Below are positions 39,873 through 52,514 of a stretch of 64,000 nucleotides of DNA, in pieces. The first letter of the stretch is position 1; each line of letters begins with the position of its first letter. Position numbers and translations under genes: made by a program. The stretch covers positions 1 to 64,000 of the forward strand of contig CAWJWJ010000002.1 in assembly GCA_963846575.1 (NCBI GenBank), read 5' to 3'. Under the pieces are notes generated by a model. It was not told the DNA's origin. It searched no databases and saw nothing but the letters and a program-made list of their open reading frames with translations. Origin of the DNA: an uncultured Nitrospiraceae bacterium. GTDB taxonomy: Bacteria > Nitrospirota > Nitrospiria > Nitrospirales > Nitrospiraceae.

Positions 39873-41072
39873 ATGGCGAAAGTGCTGGAAGGTCCCGGGA
39901 TGGGGCTGATGAAAAAATGGGGAATCAATGTTCCCAATTACGTGGTCGTCACGTCCGTCGACGAACTGACGAATTTAGGACAAGCCAACGATTGGCTGAC
40001 GAAATCCAAATTGGTTGTCAAGGCGCATGAGGCCCTTGGGTCGCGTTTTAAGCTTGGGCTGGTCAAGGTAGACTTGGATTTCAAAGCTGCAGAGGCTGCA
40101 ACGAAGGAGATAATCGGACGGCAAGTCGGCAGCATCACCGTCGCCCAGGTCATTGTCTCTGAGATGGTCCCGCATAAAGAAGAATACTACTGTGCGGTGA
40201 AATCGACCCGAGAAGGCAGTGAGGTTCTGGTCGCCAATTGCGGAGGAATCGAGGTCGAGTCGAATTGGGACCGTGTCAAGCGGCTGTGTTTGGAAATCGG
40301 GCAATCGCCTTCTCCGGATTCGCTGGAAAAATTGTCCAAAGACGCGGGATTTTCCGGCCCCCTTGTCAAGAAGATCGCTGAATTCTCAGGGAAAATGTTT
40401 GCCTGTTTCGATAACGAGGACGCGCAATACCTTGAAGTCAACCCATTGGTGGTTCGCGCCAGTGATGGCGAATTGGTGGCGCTCGATGCTGTCACCCTGC
40501 TCGACGGCGATGCGAAGTTTCGCCACCCGGACTGGAACTTTGCATTTGCCGCGGAGTTTGGCCGTGCCTATTCCAAGCAGGAAATCGAAGTCATGGCGGT
40601 AGACAGCAAAATCAAAGGATCGGTGAAGTTTATCGAAATTCCCGGTGGTGATACCGCCATGTTGCCTGCCGGGGGTGGCGCGAGCGTGTACTATTCGGAC
40701 GCAGTCGTTGCACGCGGGGGCAAGCTGGCGAACTATGCCGAGTATTCGGGCGATCCACCAGATTGGGCTGTGGAAGTGCTTACGGAAAAAGTTTGTTCGT
40801 TGCCCGGGATCAAGAACATCATCGTTGGTGGCGCAATAGCGAATTTTACCGATGTGAAGAAAACATTCGGTGGCATCATCAATGGATTCCGCAAGGCGAA
40901 ATCAGAGGGCAAGCTTAAAGGAGTCAAAATCTGGGTGCGACGCGGTGGACCGCGTGAGAGAGAAGGTCTCGATGCCATGCGTGCATTAAAAGATGAAGGC
41001 TTCGATATCAATGTCTTCGACCGCAATACACCGCTTACTGATATCGTCGACAAGGCACTTCAGGCGAAATAG
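39873..41072 (+). CDS. aclB: ATP-citrate lyase beta subunit
   Basis: ATP-grasp fold; LEVNPL, AGGGASVYYSD, ANYAEYSGDP, GGAIANFTDV, VRRGGP. Confidence 0.95.
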   Translation: MAKVLEGPGMGLMKKWGINVPNYVVVTSVDELTNLGQANDWLTKSKLVVKAHEALGSRFKLGLVKVDLDFKAAEAATKEIIGRQVGSITVAQVIVSEMVPHKEEYYCAVKSTREGSEVLVANCGGIEVESNWDRVKRLCLEIGQSPSPDSLEKLSKDAGFSGPLVKKIAEFSGKMFACFDNEDAQYLEVNPLVVRASDGELVALDAVTLLDGDAKFRHPDWNFAFAAEFGRAYSKQEIEVMAVDSKIKGSVKFIEIPGGDTAMLPAGGGASVYYSDAVVARGGKLANYAEYSGDPPDWAVEVLTEKVCSLPGIKNIIVGGAIANFTDVKKTFGGIINGFRKAKSEGKLKGVKIWVRRGGPREREGLDAMRALKDEGFDINVFDRNTPLTDIVDKALQAK

Positions 41073-41112
41073 CATGCCGCCAATGACCAACCGAAGATAA
41101 GGGGAGATCCCG

Positions 41113-42933
41113 ATGAGTATTCTGGCAAACAAAGACACCCGTGTGGTGATACAGGGTGGTCAAGCCGGCGTCAATGCCGCTCGCCGCATGGCTGAATTTT
41201 GCTATCTGATCAAGCGTCCGCTGAATGTGGAAGCATTTGTCTACCCGCCCGACGCTGGCAAGACGAACGAGGTTCCGTATGGCAGTGGGCTTATGGCCAT
41301 TCCGGTCTACAGGTCCATCGCCGAAGCAACGAAGAACCATCCCACGATCAACACCAGCCTTGTCTACATCGGCGCCGACCGTGCGATGAAGGGGGGGATG
41401 GAAGCCCTCGACGATTCACACATCAAAGTGGTCTCCATGATCACTGAGGGTGTGCCCGAGAAGGATGCGAAAATTCTCGGAGCGCACGCGCGCAAGCTCG
41501 GAAAGGTGTTCAATGGGCCCTCGTCTATCGGAATCATTTCAGCCGGGGCCTGTCGCTTAGGCGTTATCGGCGGTGCATTTGACAATCTTGTGCTCTCCAA
41601 GCTCTACCGTGAGGGGTCGTTTGGTGTCATTACCAAATCGGGCGGGTTGTCGAATGAGATCATCTGGATCTGTTCGCAATTTGCCGACGGCATCACCACA
41701 GCCATTGGGATTGGCGGCGATGCCTTCCCTGGGACCGATTACGTCAGTTATCTCGAGATGTTTGAGGGGGATCCTCAGACGAAGGCAGTGGTCATTGTTG
41801 GTGAAATGGGCGGAGACCTGGAGGAGCGGGCGGCTGAATGGTATGGCGCGAAGCAGCGTCGTGTGAAGTTGATTGCCGTCGTGTCCGGTTTTTGTCAGGA
41901 AAGTTTGCCCAAAGGAATGAAGTTCGGCCATGCTGGTGCCAAGGAAGGTCTGAAGGGTGAGGGGTCGGCCAGGTCCAAGTCAGATGCACTCAAGAAGGCC
42001 GGCGCTCTGGTACCCCCCACCTTTGGCGCGCTGGGTCCTGCCATTAAGGAAACCTATCAGGAGCTCTTGAAGTCCGGTCAGGTGAAGGAGCCGGTTGAGC
42101 CAGCCACATTGCCACGGCTGCCAAAGACGGTGGAAGAGGCGATGAAGGCCGACGAGGTCATGGTCGCACCCCTGATCCGAACGACGATCAGCGATGACCG
42201 AGGCGATGAGCCTTGCTATGATGGCTATCCAGCTTCCGAATTGATCAATAAGGGGTACGAAATTCCGCACGTCATTGGTCTCTTATGGGACAAGCGGCTT
42301 ATCTCGAAGCAGGAGGCCGAAATCATCAAGCGGATTATGATGCTTTCGGCCGATCACGGACCTTGTGTGAGCGGTGCTTATGCGACCATTTTGGCCGCCT
42401 GTGCAGGGATCGGATTGTCTCAGTCGGTCGCAGCGGGCATGATTATGATCGGACCGCGTTTCGGCGGTGCCGTGACCGATGCCGGGCGGTTTTTTAAGTA
42501 CGCTGTCGACAACAGGATGTCCGTCGACGAATTTTTGACCTATATGAAGAAGAATCATGGCCCGGTACCTGGGATCGGCCATCGCGTGAAAAGCTTACGC
42601 AATCCTGACAAGCGGGTGAAAGAATTGGTCGGTTACGTGAAGAGCTTGAAGATAAAAACCCCTTGTTTGGACTTCGCTCTTGAAGTGGAGAAAATCACAT
42701 CGGTCAAAAAGGATAACTTGATATTAAACGTAGACGGGACCATGGCGGCCGTTTTGGTTGACATCGGGTTCCCCGTAGATAGTTTGAATGGATTCTTTAT
42801 TTTATCGCGTACGATCGGGTTAATCGGGCATTGGGTCGATCAAAAGCGGCAAGATAGTCGCTTGATACGGTTATTTGACTATCTTGTAAACTACGCAGCG
42901 CCTAAACGTCGTGAGGTACCGCCCTTGAAGTAG
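41113..42933 (+). CDS. aclA: ATP-citrate lyase alpha subunit
   Basis: CoA-binding domain; FGHAGA phospho-His; ADHGPCVSGA, GPRFGGA, PGIGHRVKS, LNVDG citryl-CoA lyase domain. Confidence 0.96.
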   Translation: MSILANKDTRVVIQGGQAGVNAARRMAEFCYLIKRPLNVEAFVYPPDAGKTNEVPYGSGLMAIPVYRSIAEATKNHPTINTSLVYIGADRAMKGGMEALDDSHIKVVSMITEGVPEKDAKILGAHARKLGKVFNGPSSIGIISAGACRLGVIGGAFDNLVLSKLYREGSFGVITKSGGLSNEIIWICSQFADGITTAIGIGGDAFPGTDYVSYLEMFEGDPQTKAVVIVGEMGGDLEERAAEWYGAKQRRVKLIAVVSGFCQESLPKGMKFGHAGAKEGLKGEGSARSKSDALKKAGALVPPTFGALGPAIKETYQELLKSGQVKEPVEPATLPRLPKTVEEAMKADEVMVAPLIRTTISDDRGDEPCYDGYPASELINKGYEIPHVIGLLWDKRLISKQEAEIIKRIMMLSADHGPCVSGAYATILAACAGIGLSQSVAAGMIMIGPRFGGAVTDAGRFFKYAVDNRMSVDEFLTYMKKNHGPVPGIGHRVKSLRNPDKRVKELVGYVKSLKIKTPCLDFALEVEKITSVKKDNLILNVDGTMAAVLVDIGFPVDSLNGFFILSRTIGLIGHWVDQKRQDSRLIRLFDYLVNYAAPKRREVPPLK

Positions 42934-43033
42934 ACCGAGCGGTGAATCAATCAATGGGAAGTATGGGATAGCCTGCTAGGGATGCCTCTTAAGAGGCAAG
43001 CGATATTAAACAGGGAAAGACGGAGATAGAACC

Positions 43034-45280
43034 ATGTCTATGGAGCTCGCCAGAAAATTGTATGCCAGGATGCCGGACGTTTTTGCCAAGGCCAGGAAGA
43101 AATTCGGCCGGGGCCTTACGGTGGCCGACAAGATATTGGTGTCGCACGCCGATAATTTTGAGACCCAAACCTGGGAGCGAGGGAAGGCCATGTTGGCGCT
43201 TCGCCCTGATCGTGTGGCAATGCAGGACGCCACGGCCCAGATGGCTATGCTTCAATTCATGCAGGCCAACAAGAAGCAAGTGGCCGTTCCAAGCACCATC
43301 CACTGCGACCATCTCATTCGGGCTGAAATGGGTTCCGAAAAGGACCTGCTTCGCGCGATGGATGAGAACAAGGAAGTGTACAATTTCCTCGCTTCAGCTG
43401 CCAAAAAATACGGGATTGGATTCTGGAAACCAGGAGCTGGGATCATCCATCAAGTCGTGTTGGAGAACTATGCTTTCCCAGGCTGCTTGATTATTGGGAC
43501 CGACTCTCACACTCCCAATGGCGGCGGGCTGGGGGGATTGGCCATCGGGGTCGGTGGTGCGGATGCCGGTGAAGTCATGGCCGGGCTCCCCTGGGAAGTC
43601 CTTCATCCTAAGCTGATCGGAGTGCGGTTGACGGGTAAGCTGAGCGGCTGGGCCTCGCCCAAGGACGTGATTCTGTACCTCTGCGGTCTCCTCACCGTAA
43701 AGGGTGGTACCAACAAGATTGTCGAGTATTTTGGCCCTGGCGCAGAGACTATCAGCGCTACAGGAAAAGGGACAATCTGTAATATGGGCGCAGAATTGGG
43801 TGCAACGACCTCCGTATTTCCGTTCGATCAGAAAATGGTTGCCTACATGAACATCATGGATCGGGCGGACCTCGCAAATTTCGCTCAGTCGCACAAGGAT
43901 CTTCTTGTGGCTGATGCCGAGGTCTATCAATCGCCTGAAAAGTACTACGACCAAATCGTTGAAGTAGATCTGTCCTCTCTGGAGCCGCATGTGGTAGGGC
44001 CGCACACGCCGGACCTCGCCAGGCCGATTTCAAAATTAGCGGCAGAGGCGAAAGAAAAAGGATATCCGGTGGAGTTGAAGGCGGCATTGATCGGGAGCTG
44101 CACCAACTCTTCCTACGAAGACATCAGTCGCTCAGCGCACATTGCGCGACAAGGCTTGAAGGCCGGGCTGAAGGCGAAAGCTTCCTTTCTCGTCTCGCCA
44201 GGATCCGAACGCATCTACCACACTATGAAGCGCGACGGATTTTTAGAGACGTTCGAGGAACTCGGTGGAACCGTACTGTCCAATTCCTGCGGTCCTTGTA
44301 TTGGGCAGTGGAAACGGGCGGACGGCGTGAAGGGAAAAGCCGATTCCATCGTCAGCTCATTCAACCGCAACTTTCCAGGCCGCAATGATGGAATCAGCGA
44401 AACGCTCTCCTTCCTCGCCAGTCCGGAAGTCGTGACGGCATATGCGATCACGGGTGACCTGGGTTTCGACCCTGTGAATCAAAGGTTGAAGGGCGCTGAT
44501 GGGAAAGAGTTCAAACTCGAACCGCCACAGGGCGAGGAGCTACCCCCCAAAGGATTTGCTAAGGGGGATGAGGGGTTCGTGGCTCCCGCGGATAATGGTG
44601 AAGGCCTCACGGTAGACGTTCCGCCCACTAGCGAGCGACTGCAGTTGTTGCAGCCCTTCCCGAGGTGGGACGGTAAAGATTTTGAAAAACTTCCGCTTTT
44701 AATTAAAACCAAGGGCAAGACCACTACGGACCATATATCTCCAGCCGGACCTTGGTTGAAATACCGTGGGCACCTCGACAAAATAAGCGACAACATGTTC
44801 CTGGGTGCCAATAGTGCTTTTTCATCGGAGCCTGGTAAGGGCATAGATGTGATGACGGGTGAGTCCGGACTTACCATCGCTCAGATCGCCCGCCGCTACA
44901 AGGCCAAGGAGATAGGGTCGGTCGTTGTAGGGGATGAAAATTACGGCGAAGGGAGCAGTCGGGAACATGCGGCCATGTCCCCAAGGTTCTTGAACGTGCG
45001 GGTGGTAATCACCAAGAGTTTTGCTCGGATTCACGAAACTAACTTGAAAAAGCAGGGGATCCTGGCTTTGACTTTCGCAGATCCGAAGGACTACGAGAAG
45101 ATCGAACAGGAAGATCGTATTAGTGTAACAGGTCTAAATGGTCTCGCTCCCGGCAAGCCGGTACAAGTGACGATTCACAAGTCGGGTGGGCAGTCGCCTA
45201 CGATCCAAGCGAACCACAGTATGACGGAGCAGCAGCTCGCGTGGTTCAAGGCTGGTTCCGCGCTCAATGCGCTGAACTAA
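43034..45280 (+). CDS. acnA: Aconitate hydratase (mitochondrial-like AcnA type)
   Basis: MQDATAQ, HCDHLI, GIIHQ, DSHT, GSCTNSS, CGPCIGQW, TTDHISPAG, GSSREHAA. Confidence 0.95.
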   Translation: MSMELARKLYARMPDVFAKARKKFGRGLTVADKILVSHADNFETQTWERGKAMLALRPDRVAMQDATAQMAMLQFMQANKKQVAVPSTIHCDHLIRAEMGSEKDLLRAMDENKEVYNFLASAAKKYGIGFWKPGAGIIHQVVLENYAFPGCLIIGTDSHTPNGGGLGGLAIGVGGADAGEVMAGLPWEVLHPKLIGVRLTGKLSGWASPKDVILYLCGLLTVKGGTNKIVEYFGPGAETISATGKGTICNMGAELGATTSVFPFDQKMVAYMNIMDRADLANFAQSHKDLLVADAEVYQSPEKYYDQIVEVDLSSLEPHVVGPHTPDLARPISKLAAEAKEKGYPVELKAALIGSCTNSSYEDISRSAHIARQGLKAGLKAKASFLVSPGSERIYHTMKRDGFLETFEELGGTVLSNSCGPCIGQWKRADGVKGKADSIVSSFNRNFPGRNDGISETLSFLASPEVVTAYAITGDLGFDPVNQRLKGADGKEFKLEPPQGEELPPKGFAKGDEGFVAPADNGEGLTVDVPPTSERLQLLQPFPRWDGKDFEKLPLLIKTKGKTTTDHISPAGPWLKYRGHLDKISDNMFLGANSAFSSEPGKGIDVMTGESGLTIAQIARRYKAKEIGSVVVGDENYGEGSSREHAAMSPRFLNVRVVITKSFARIHETNLKKQGILALTFADPKDYEKIEQEDRISVTGLNGLAPGKPVQVTIHKSGGQSPTIQANHSMTEQQLAWFKAGSALNALN

Positions 45281-45285
45281 TTTAA

Positions 45286-47541
<2,256 letters not shown>

Positions 47542-47659
47542 CTCATTCGTTTCGTTTTCAAACGGGTGGAACGTATCTCGTGAGTTACGTTGGGGGTGAT
47601 GGATCTGGGCTTTCCCTCCCATCGCCCCCAATGTTCACCCCTCGCCGGAATCGGGGAAT

Positions 47660-48370
47660 ATGGCACAAGAAGACATCAATGTAATCGATCAGCCAGAAGT
47701 GGTGCGCCATAAACTGGTGACCATTGAAATTTCCGGCAAGAAGTATGAAGTGCCCGAAGGGATCACGGTGATTAAGGCACTCTGGTACACCGGACAGGAA
47801 GTGGTGCGAGGAGCCGGCTGTCTCGGTGGGTTCTGCGGCGCCTGCGCGACGTATTATCGAACGAAGGATGATCCTAAGGTGCGCACCTGTCTAGCTTGCC
47901 AAATGGCCGTCGAAGACGGCATGTCCTTCACCATTATGCCTCCTTTCCCAGCGCGGAAGGCGCTGTACGACATCCAGACCCTCAAGGACCCGAAGCAAGA
48001 CCTATTCAGTCTGTACCCCGAAGCCCCCCTGTGCAGAAATTGTAACGCCTGCACTGAAGCCTGTCCTCAGAAAATCGACGTGCGGGAAGGCGTTTGGAAA
48101 GCTGTCTTCGGAGATTTCAAAAGTGTCTCAGAGATGTTTATGGACTGTGTCATGTGCGGGATGTGCACGCCGGTCTGTATCGCTGATATTGCCCCCAATC
48201 TGGTCGCTCTCTATGTCAGCCGGGCGCAAGGCGCTCACTTCACGGAAAAAGCCCAAGGCCTTGAGACACGCATTAAGGAAATACAGGACGGACGATTCAA
48301 CGAGGAATGGAACAAGGTGCTCGGGATGAGCGAGAAGGAGTTGGCCGATCACTGCTCGACAGTGAAGTAA
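47660..48370 (+). CDS. frdB: Fumarate reductase Fe-S subunit (soluble type)
   Basis: 2Fe-2S motif GCLGGFCGAC..CLAC plus CRNCNACTEACP and CVMCGMCTPVC. Confidence 0.82.
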   Translation: MAQEDINVIDQPEVVRHKLVTIEISGKKYEVPEGITVIKALWYTGQEVVRGAGCLGGFCGACATYYRTKDDPKVRTCLACQMAVEDGMSFTIMPPFPARKALYDIQTLKDPKQDLFSLYPEAPLCRNCNACTEACPQKIDVREGVWKAVFGDFKSVSEMFMDCVMCGMCTPVCIADIAPNLVALYVSRAQGAHFTEKAQGLETRIKEIQDGRFNEEWNKVLGMSEKELADHCSTVK

Positions 48371-48442
48371 TGCTTTGTGCCGTCTGCCCGGCTTCGGAGA
48401 ACTCGCCAGGGGGGATTGTGCTCACCGTTGAAAGCGAAATAC

Positions 48443-50044
48443 ATGGATATTCACGCACTCCAACAAATAGTACATCAAACCAGGGATGCTCGCCGCAAGC
48501 AAACGCTTCAAAAGTTTTCTCCCGCAGAACGCGATAAATTGATTCATACATATCATCCTGATCACCGCGCCAGTGCCTATCGGCCGATCCGATTTGGTCC
48601 TAACGCAGAGGACCAGACAGTCGTGGAATTGGCGGCGCTCCTCGAAGGTGATAGCCCCATCGCAGATAATGCGGACCTGACAGCCCACTATACGGCCGAT
48701 GTTTTAGTTATTGGAGGAGGAGGCGCGGGATGTGCCGCGGCATTGCACGCTCACGGAGCAGGCGCGAAAGTAATCCTCGCCACTAAGCTTCGTCTCGCCG
48801 ATTCTAATAGCGTGATGGCTCAGGGGGGAATGCAGATCTCGGTCGCGCCAGAAGACTCTCCGGTGACCCATTTCCTCGATACGCTCAAGGGCGGCCATAT
48901 GCAGAACGACCATGACCTGCTCAAGGTGATGGTCGAGGAAGGCCCCGCCATCGCAAAGTGGCTGATAGAACTGGGAGTGCTGTTTGATCGCCAAGCGGAT
49001 GGGAACCTGCATGTGAAGAAGGGCGGCGGGAGTTCCAAACCGCGACTCTTGACCTGCTCAGACTATACCGGTCTCGAAATTATGCGTGTGTTAAAGGACG
49101 AGGTCCTGAATCAAAAGATTCAACTCCTCGAATTTTGTGCGGCAGTCGAGTTGTTGAGCGATGAGAACGGTCATTGTACCGGAGCCATCTTCAAAGATCT
49201 CGACAATCATCGACAGGTGGTGGTCGCGGCTAAATCAGTGATCCTCGCGACTGGTGGCATCGGCCGGCTGCATATACAGGGCTTTCCCACCAGCAACCAC
49301 TATGGTGCGACCGGGGATGGTTTGTGCCTCGCGTACCGAATGGGCGCGAAACTCGACCACATCGATACGTTTCAGTATCACCCGTCGGGTGCGGTCTATC
49401 CGGAACAATTGATCGGAGCCCTGGTCACGGAAGGCATTCGATCCGAAGGTGGCCATCTCGTGAACGCCAGGGGCGAACGCTTTGTGAACGAACTTGATAC
49501 GCGCGATGTGGTGTCCTCCTCTATCATTCGCGAGTGTGAGGAGGGCAGGGGCATTCGCACCATGTCAGGTCGGGTCGGTGTCTGGTTGGATACGCCCCTC
49601 TTGGATGCCGAACATGGACCGGGAACAGTCGAAAAACATTTTCCGGCGATGATGATGCAGTTCGAGCGTTTCGGGATCGATATCAGCAAGGACCCGGTTC
49701 TAATCTACCCGACCTTGCACTACCAGAACGGTGGCGTGAAGATCGACACGAGTGCTGAAACGAATGTGAAAAACCTCTTTGTTGCCGGCGAAGCATCTGG
49801 CGGCCTGCATGGACGCAACCGGTTAATGGGTAATTCGCTACTTGACCTGATGGTCTTCGGTAAACGATCGGGCTTGACAGCCGCGACTCGTGCCGGATCG
49901 ATGCAGCAAGGGAAGCTCACGGTGAAGCATCTCGAGCGATTCCGCGCCGAAGCTAGGAAGCATGGTAATTCAAGCGGCGTGATCTCTCCCATGATCCTTC
50001 CTGCCTATACACGCAAAGAACCCGAACGTACGACGAAAAGCTGA
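48443..50044 (+). CDS. frdA: Fumarate reductase flavoprotein subunit
   Basis: [53 protein letters not shown]. Confidence 0.85.
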   Translation: MDIHALQQIVHQTRDARRKQTLQKFSPAERDKLIHTYHPDHRASAYRPIRFGPNAEDQTVVELAALLEGDSPIADNADLTAHYTADVLVIGGGGAGCAAALHAHGAGAKVILATKLRLADSNSVMAQGGMQISVAPEDSPVTHFLDTLKGGHMQNDHDLLKVMVEEGPAIAKWLIELGVLFDRQADGNLHVKKGGGSSKPRLLTCSDYTGLEIMRVLKDEVLNQKIQLLEFCAAVELLSDENGHCTGAIFKDLDNHRQVVVAAKSVILATGGIGRLHIQGFPTSNHYGATGDGLCLAYRMGAKLDHIDTFQYHPSGAVYPEQLIGALVTEGIRSEGGHLVNARGERFVNELDTRDVVSSSIIRECEEGRGIRTMSGRVGVWLDTPLLDAEHGPGTVEKHFPAMMMQFERFGIDISKDPVLIYPTLHYQNGGVKIDTSAETNVKNLFVAGEASGGLHGRNRLMGNSLLDLMVFGKRSGLTAATRAGSMQQGKLTVKHLERFRAEARKHGNSSGVISPMILPAYTRKEPERTTKS

Positions 50045-50131
50045 GGGCGTCGGCCTGAATCGGCGGGTCCGCACGCTTACACCACTCGACATCTCCGATG
50101 CCATGAGCCAATAGCTCTTAAGAGGATTTAC

Positions 50132-51310
50132 ATGAATGTTCATGAATTTCAGGCTAAGCAGTTGTTTGCGCAATTTGGGGTGCCGGTGCCTCGTGGCAAA
50201 GAAGTCACCTCACCAGAGACGGCAGCCGCCTGGGCTGGCGAACTTAATACACCTGTCTTTGTCGTGAAAGCCCAGATTCATGCAGGAGGCCGTGGGAAAG
50301 CCGGTGGCGTTAAGATCACGAAGGATAAAGCGGCTGTTCCGGGTTTCGCGAAGGAGTTGATCGGCAAGACCTTGATCACTCATCAGACCGGACCGAAGGG
50401 CAGAACGGTTCATCGGCTGCTGGTGGAAGAAGGGGCTAACATCGCCAAGGAACTGTATTTGAGTATTTTGGTGGACCGTGATACCGGCTGGCCAACGTTC
50501 ATTGCCAGCACCGAAGGCGGCATGGAAATCGAAGAGGTTGCGGAAAAGACCCCTGACAGGATCATCAAAGAAGCAATCGATCCCGCAGTCGGGTTCCAAG
50601 GGCACAACGGTCGTAATGTCGCATTCGCGTTGGGACTTCAACAGTTGGAGCCCGCTATCATCAATCCGTTCGTGCAGATGCTCGGGAATCTCTATCGACT
50701 TTTCATGGAAAAACATGCCGCATTAGTTGAAATCAACCCATTGATCATCACGAAGGAAAAAACGTTGGTGGCGCTCGATGGGAAGGTGTCCTTTGACGAC
50801 AATGGTCTCTTCAAGCATGATGATGTGCAAAAGATGCGGGATCTTAACGAAGAGGATCCGCTGGAAATTGAGGCTACAGCCAGTAATCTCAACTATGTGA
50901 AGCTTGACGGTAACATCGGTTGCATGGTGAACGGCGCTGGGCTTGCCATGGCGACTATGGATGTCATTAAGTTGGCGGGCAGTGAGCCGGCCAACTTCCT
51001 GGACGTGGGCGGCGGGGCTACGAAGGAGACAGTCGCGGCCGGGTTCAGAATTCTGCTCAAAGACCCGAACGTCAAAGGCATCTTCATTAACATCTTTGGC
51101 GGCATCGTGCGGTGCGAGCGGATTGCGCATGGTGTGATCGAGGCGGCCAAAGAAGTAAAGATTAATGTGCCTTTGGTGGTCCGGCTACAGGGAACCAATG
51201 CAGACGAAGGCCGGAACCTGTTGGCGGAATCAGGTCTCAAACTTGAGGTGGCGAACGATTTGTGGGAGGCGGCGCAGAAAGTAGTGAAATTGACTGGCAA
51301 GGCGGCGTAA
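50132..51310 (+). CDS. sucC: Succinyl-CoA synthetase beta subunit
   Basis: [44 protein letters not shown]. Confidence 0.97.
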   Translation: MNVHEFQAKQLFAQFGVPVPRGKEVTSPETAAAWAGELNTPVFVVKAQIHAGGRGKAGGVKITKDKAAVPGFAKELIGKTLITHQTGPKGRTVHRLLVEEGANIAKELYLSILVDRDTGWPTFIASTEGGMEIEEVAEKTPDRIIKEAIDPAVGFQGHNGRNVAFALGLQQLEPAIINPFVQMLGNLYRLFMEKHAALVEINPLIITKEKTLVALDGKVSFDDNGLFKHDDVQKMRDLNEEDPLEIEATASNLNYVKLDGNIGCMVNGAGLAMATMDVIKLAGSEPANFLDVGGGATKETVAAGFRILLKDPNVKGIFINIFGGIVRCERIAHGVIEAAKEVKINVPLVVRLQGTNADEGRNLLAESGLKLEVANDLWEAAQKVVKLTGKAA

Positions 51311-51321
51311 AGGAGAAGACC

Positions 51322-52194
51322 GTGAGTATTCTCGTCAATAAAAATACGCGTGTGGTGGTACAAGGGATTACGGGGAAAGAGGGCTCTTTCCACGCGACGC
51401 AGTGCAAAGCCTATGGTACCAAGATGGTCGCCGGGGTCACCCCCGGAAAAGCCGGTCAGGAAGTCGAAGGCATTCCCGTCTTCAACACCGTGGCCGACGC
51501 GGTCAAGAAGACTGAGTGCGATACCTCGCTGATTTTTGTGCCCCCTCCCTTTTGTGCCGATGCAATACTTGAGGCTGCCGATGCAGGTGTGAAGCTGATT
51601 ATCTGCATCACGGAAGGTATTCCTGTAAACGACATGGTTAAGGTGAAACGGGCGCTGCATGGCCGTGATGTGCGACTCATCGGTCCGAACTGTCCCGGTG
51701 TTATCACCGTCGATGAAGCCAAGATTGGGATTATGCCGGGGTTCATTCATAAGCGGGGAGTAGTCGGCGTCGTCTCGCGCAGCGGGACCTTGACCTATGA
51801 GGCGGTGCATCAACTTTCCACGTTGGGACTTGGCGAGACGACCTGTGTGGGAATCGGCGGTGATCCTGTCAATGGCACCGGCTTTGTCGATATCTTGCCG
51901 CTGTTCGAGAAGGATCCCGAAACCCAGGCAGTAGTTATGATCGGTGAAATCGGCGGCGATGCCGAAGAAAAGGCTGCGGAGTACATTAAAAAGCATGTAA
52001 AAAAGCCGGTCATCAGTTTTATCGCGGGCATCACCGCACCTCCGGGGCGCCGCATGGGCCACGCCGGAGCAATAATTTCTGGTGGTAAAGGGACGGCAAC
52101 CGAAAAGATGAAGTCCCTCGAAGCGGCCGGGGTTCGGGTGGTGAAGAATCCTGCCGAGATTGGCGCTGCTGTAAAGCTGGCCCTCGGTCGTTAG
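51322..52194 (+). CDS. sucD: Succinyl-CoA synthetase alpha subunit
   Basis: [29 protein letters not shown] start after AAGGAG. Confidence 0.97.
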   Translation: MSILVNKNTRVVVQGITGKEGSFHATQCKAYGTKMVAGVTPGKAGQEVEGIPVFNTVADAVKKTECDTSLIFVPPPFCADAILEAADAGVKLIICITEGIPVNDMVKVKRALHGRDVRLIGPNCPGVITVDEAKIGIMPGFIHKRGVVGVVSRSGTLTYEAVHQLSTLGLGETTCVGIGGDPVNGTGFVDILPLFEKDPETQAVVMIGEIGGDAEEKAAEYIKKHVKKPVISFIAGITAPPGRRMGHAGAIISGGKGTATEKMKSLEAAGVRVVKNPAEIGAAVKLALGR

Positions 52195-52208
52195 AATTTG
52201 CCTGTGTG

Positions 52209-52247
52209 AGGAAGAGGGCGTTGGATCGTCTCCAACGCCCTCTTCCT
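52209..52247 (+). terminator. Terminator hairpin after sucD
   Basis: 17-bp perfect stem aggaagagggcgttgga/tccaacgccctcttcct followed by gtttgt. Confidence 0.8.
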
Positions 52248-52514
52248 GTTTGTGAGGGCTCACGGAAGGATGCCCGAGCGCAGCCGACCTGTGGAAAGGC
52301 CGCTGTGCTCGCTGCACGTGTGATTGTGGGTTGGCCGAATCTTTCCTTTTCCCTCTGCTGCGAGACGTGGTACTGTACAGGACTCATTAGAGCCGAATGG
52401 GTTGGGTGTGATGGCCTGTTAGCGGATATACCGAGATAGGATCGGCCTCCCTCCAGGAGACGCGGCGGCGATACTAAGAAGCCCTTGTTATTGTCCGCAT
52501 GAAAGGACGCCACT

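Noticed and set aside
50893..52317. 474-aa minus-strand ORF
   Set aside because: Antisense shadow of the highly conserved sucCD genes; no recognisable motifs
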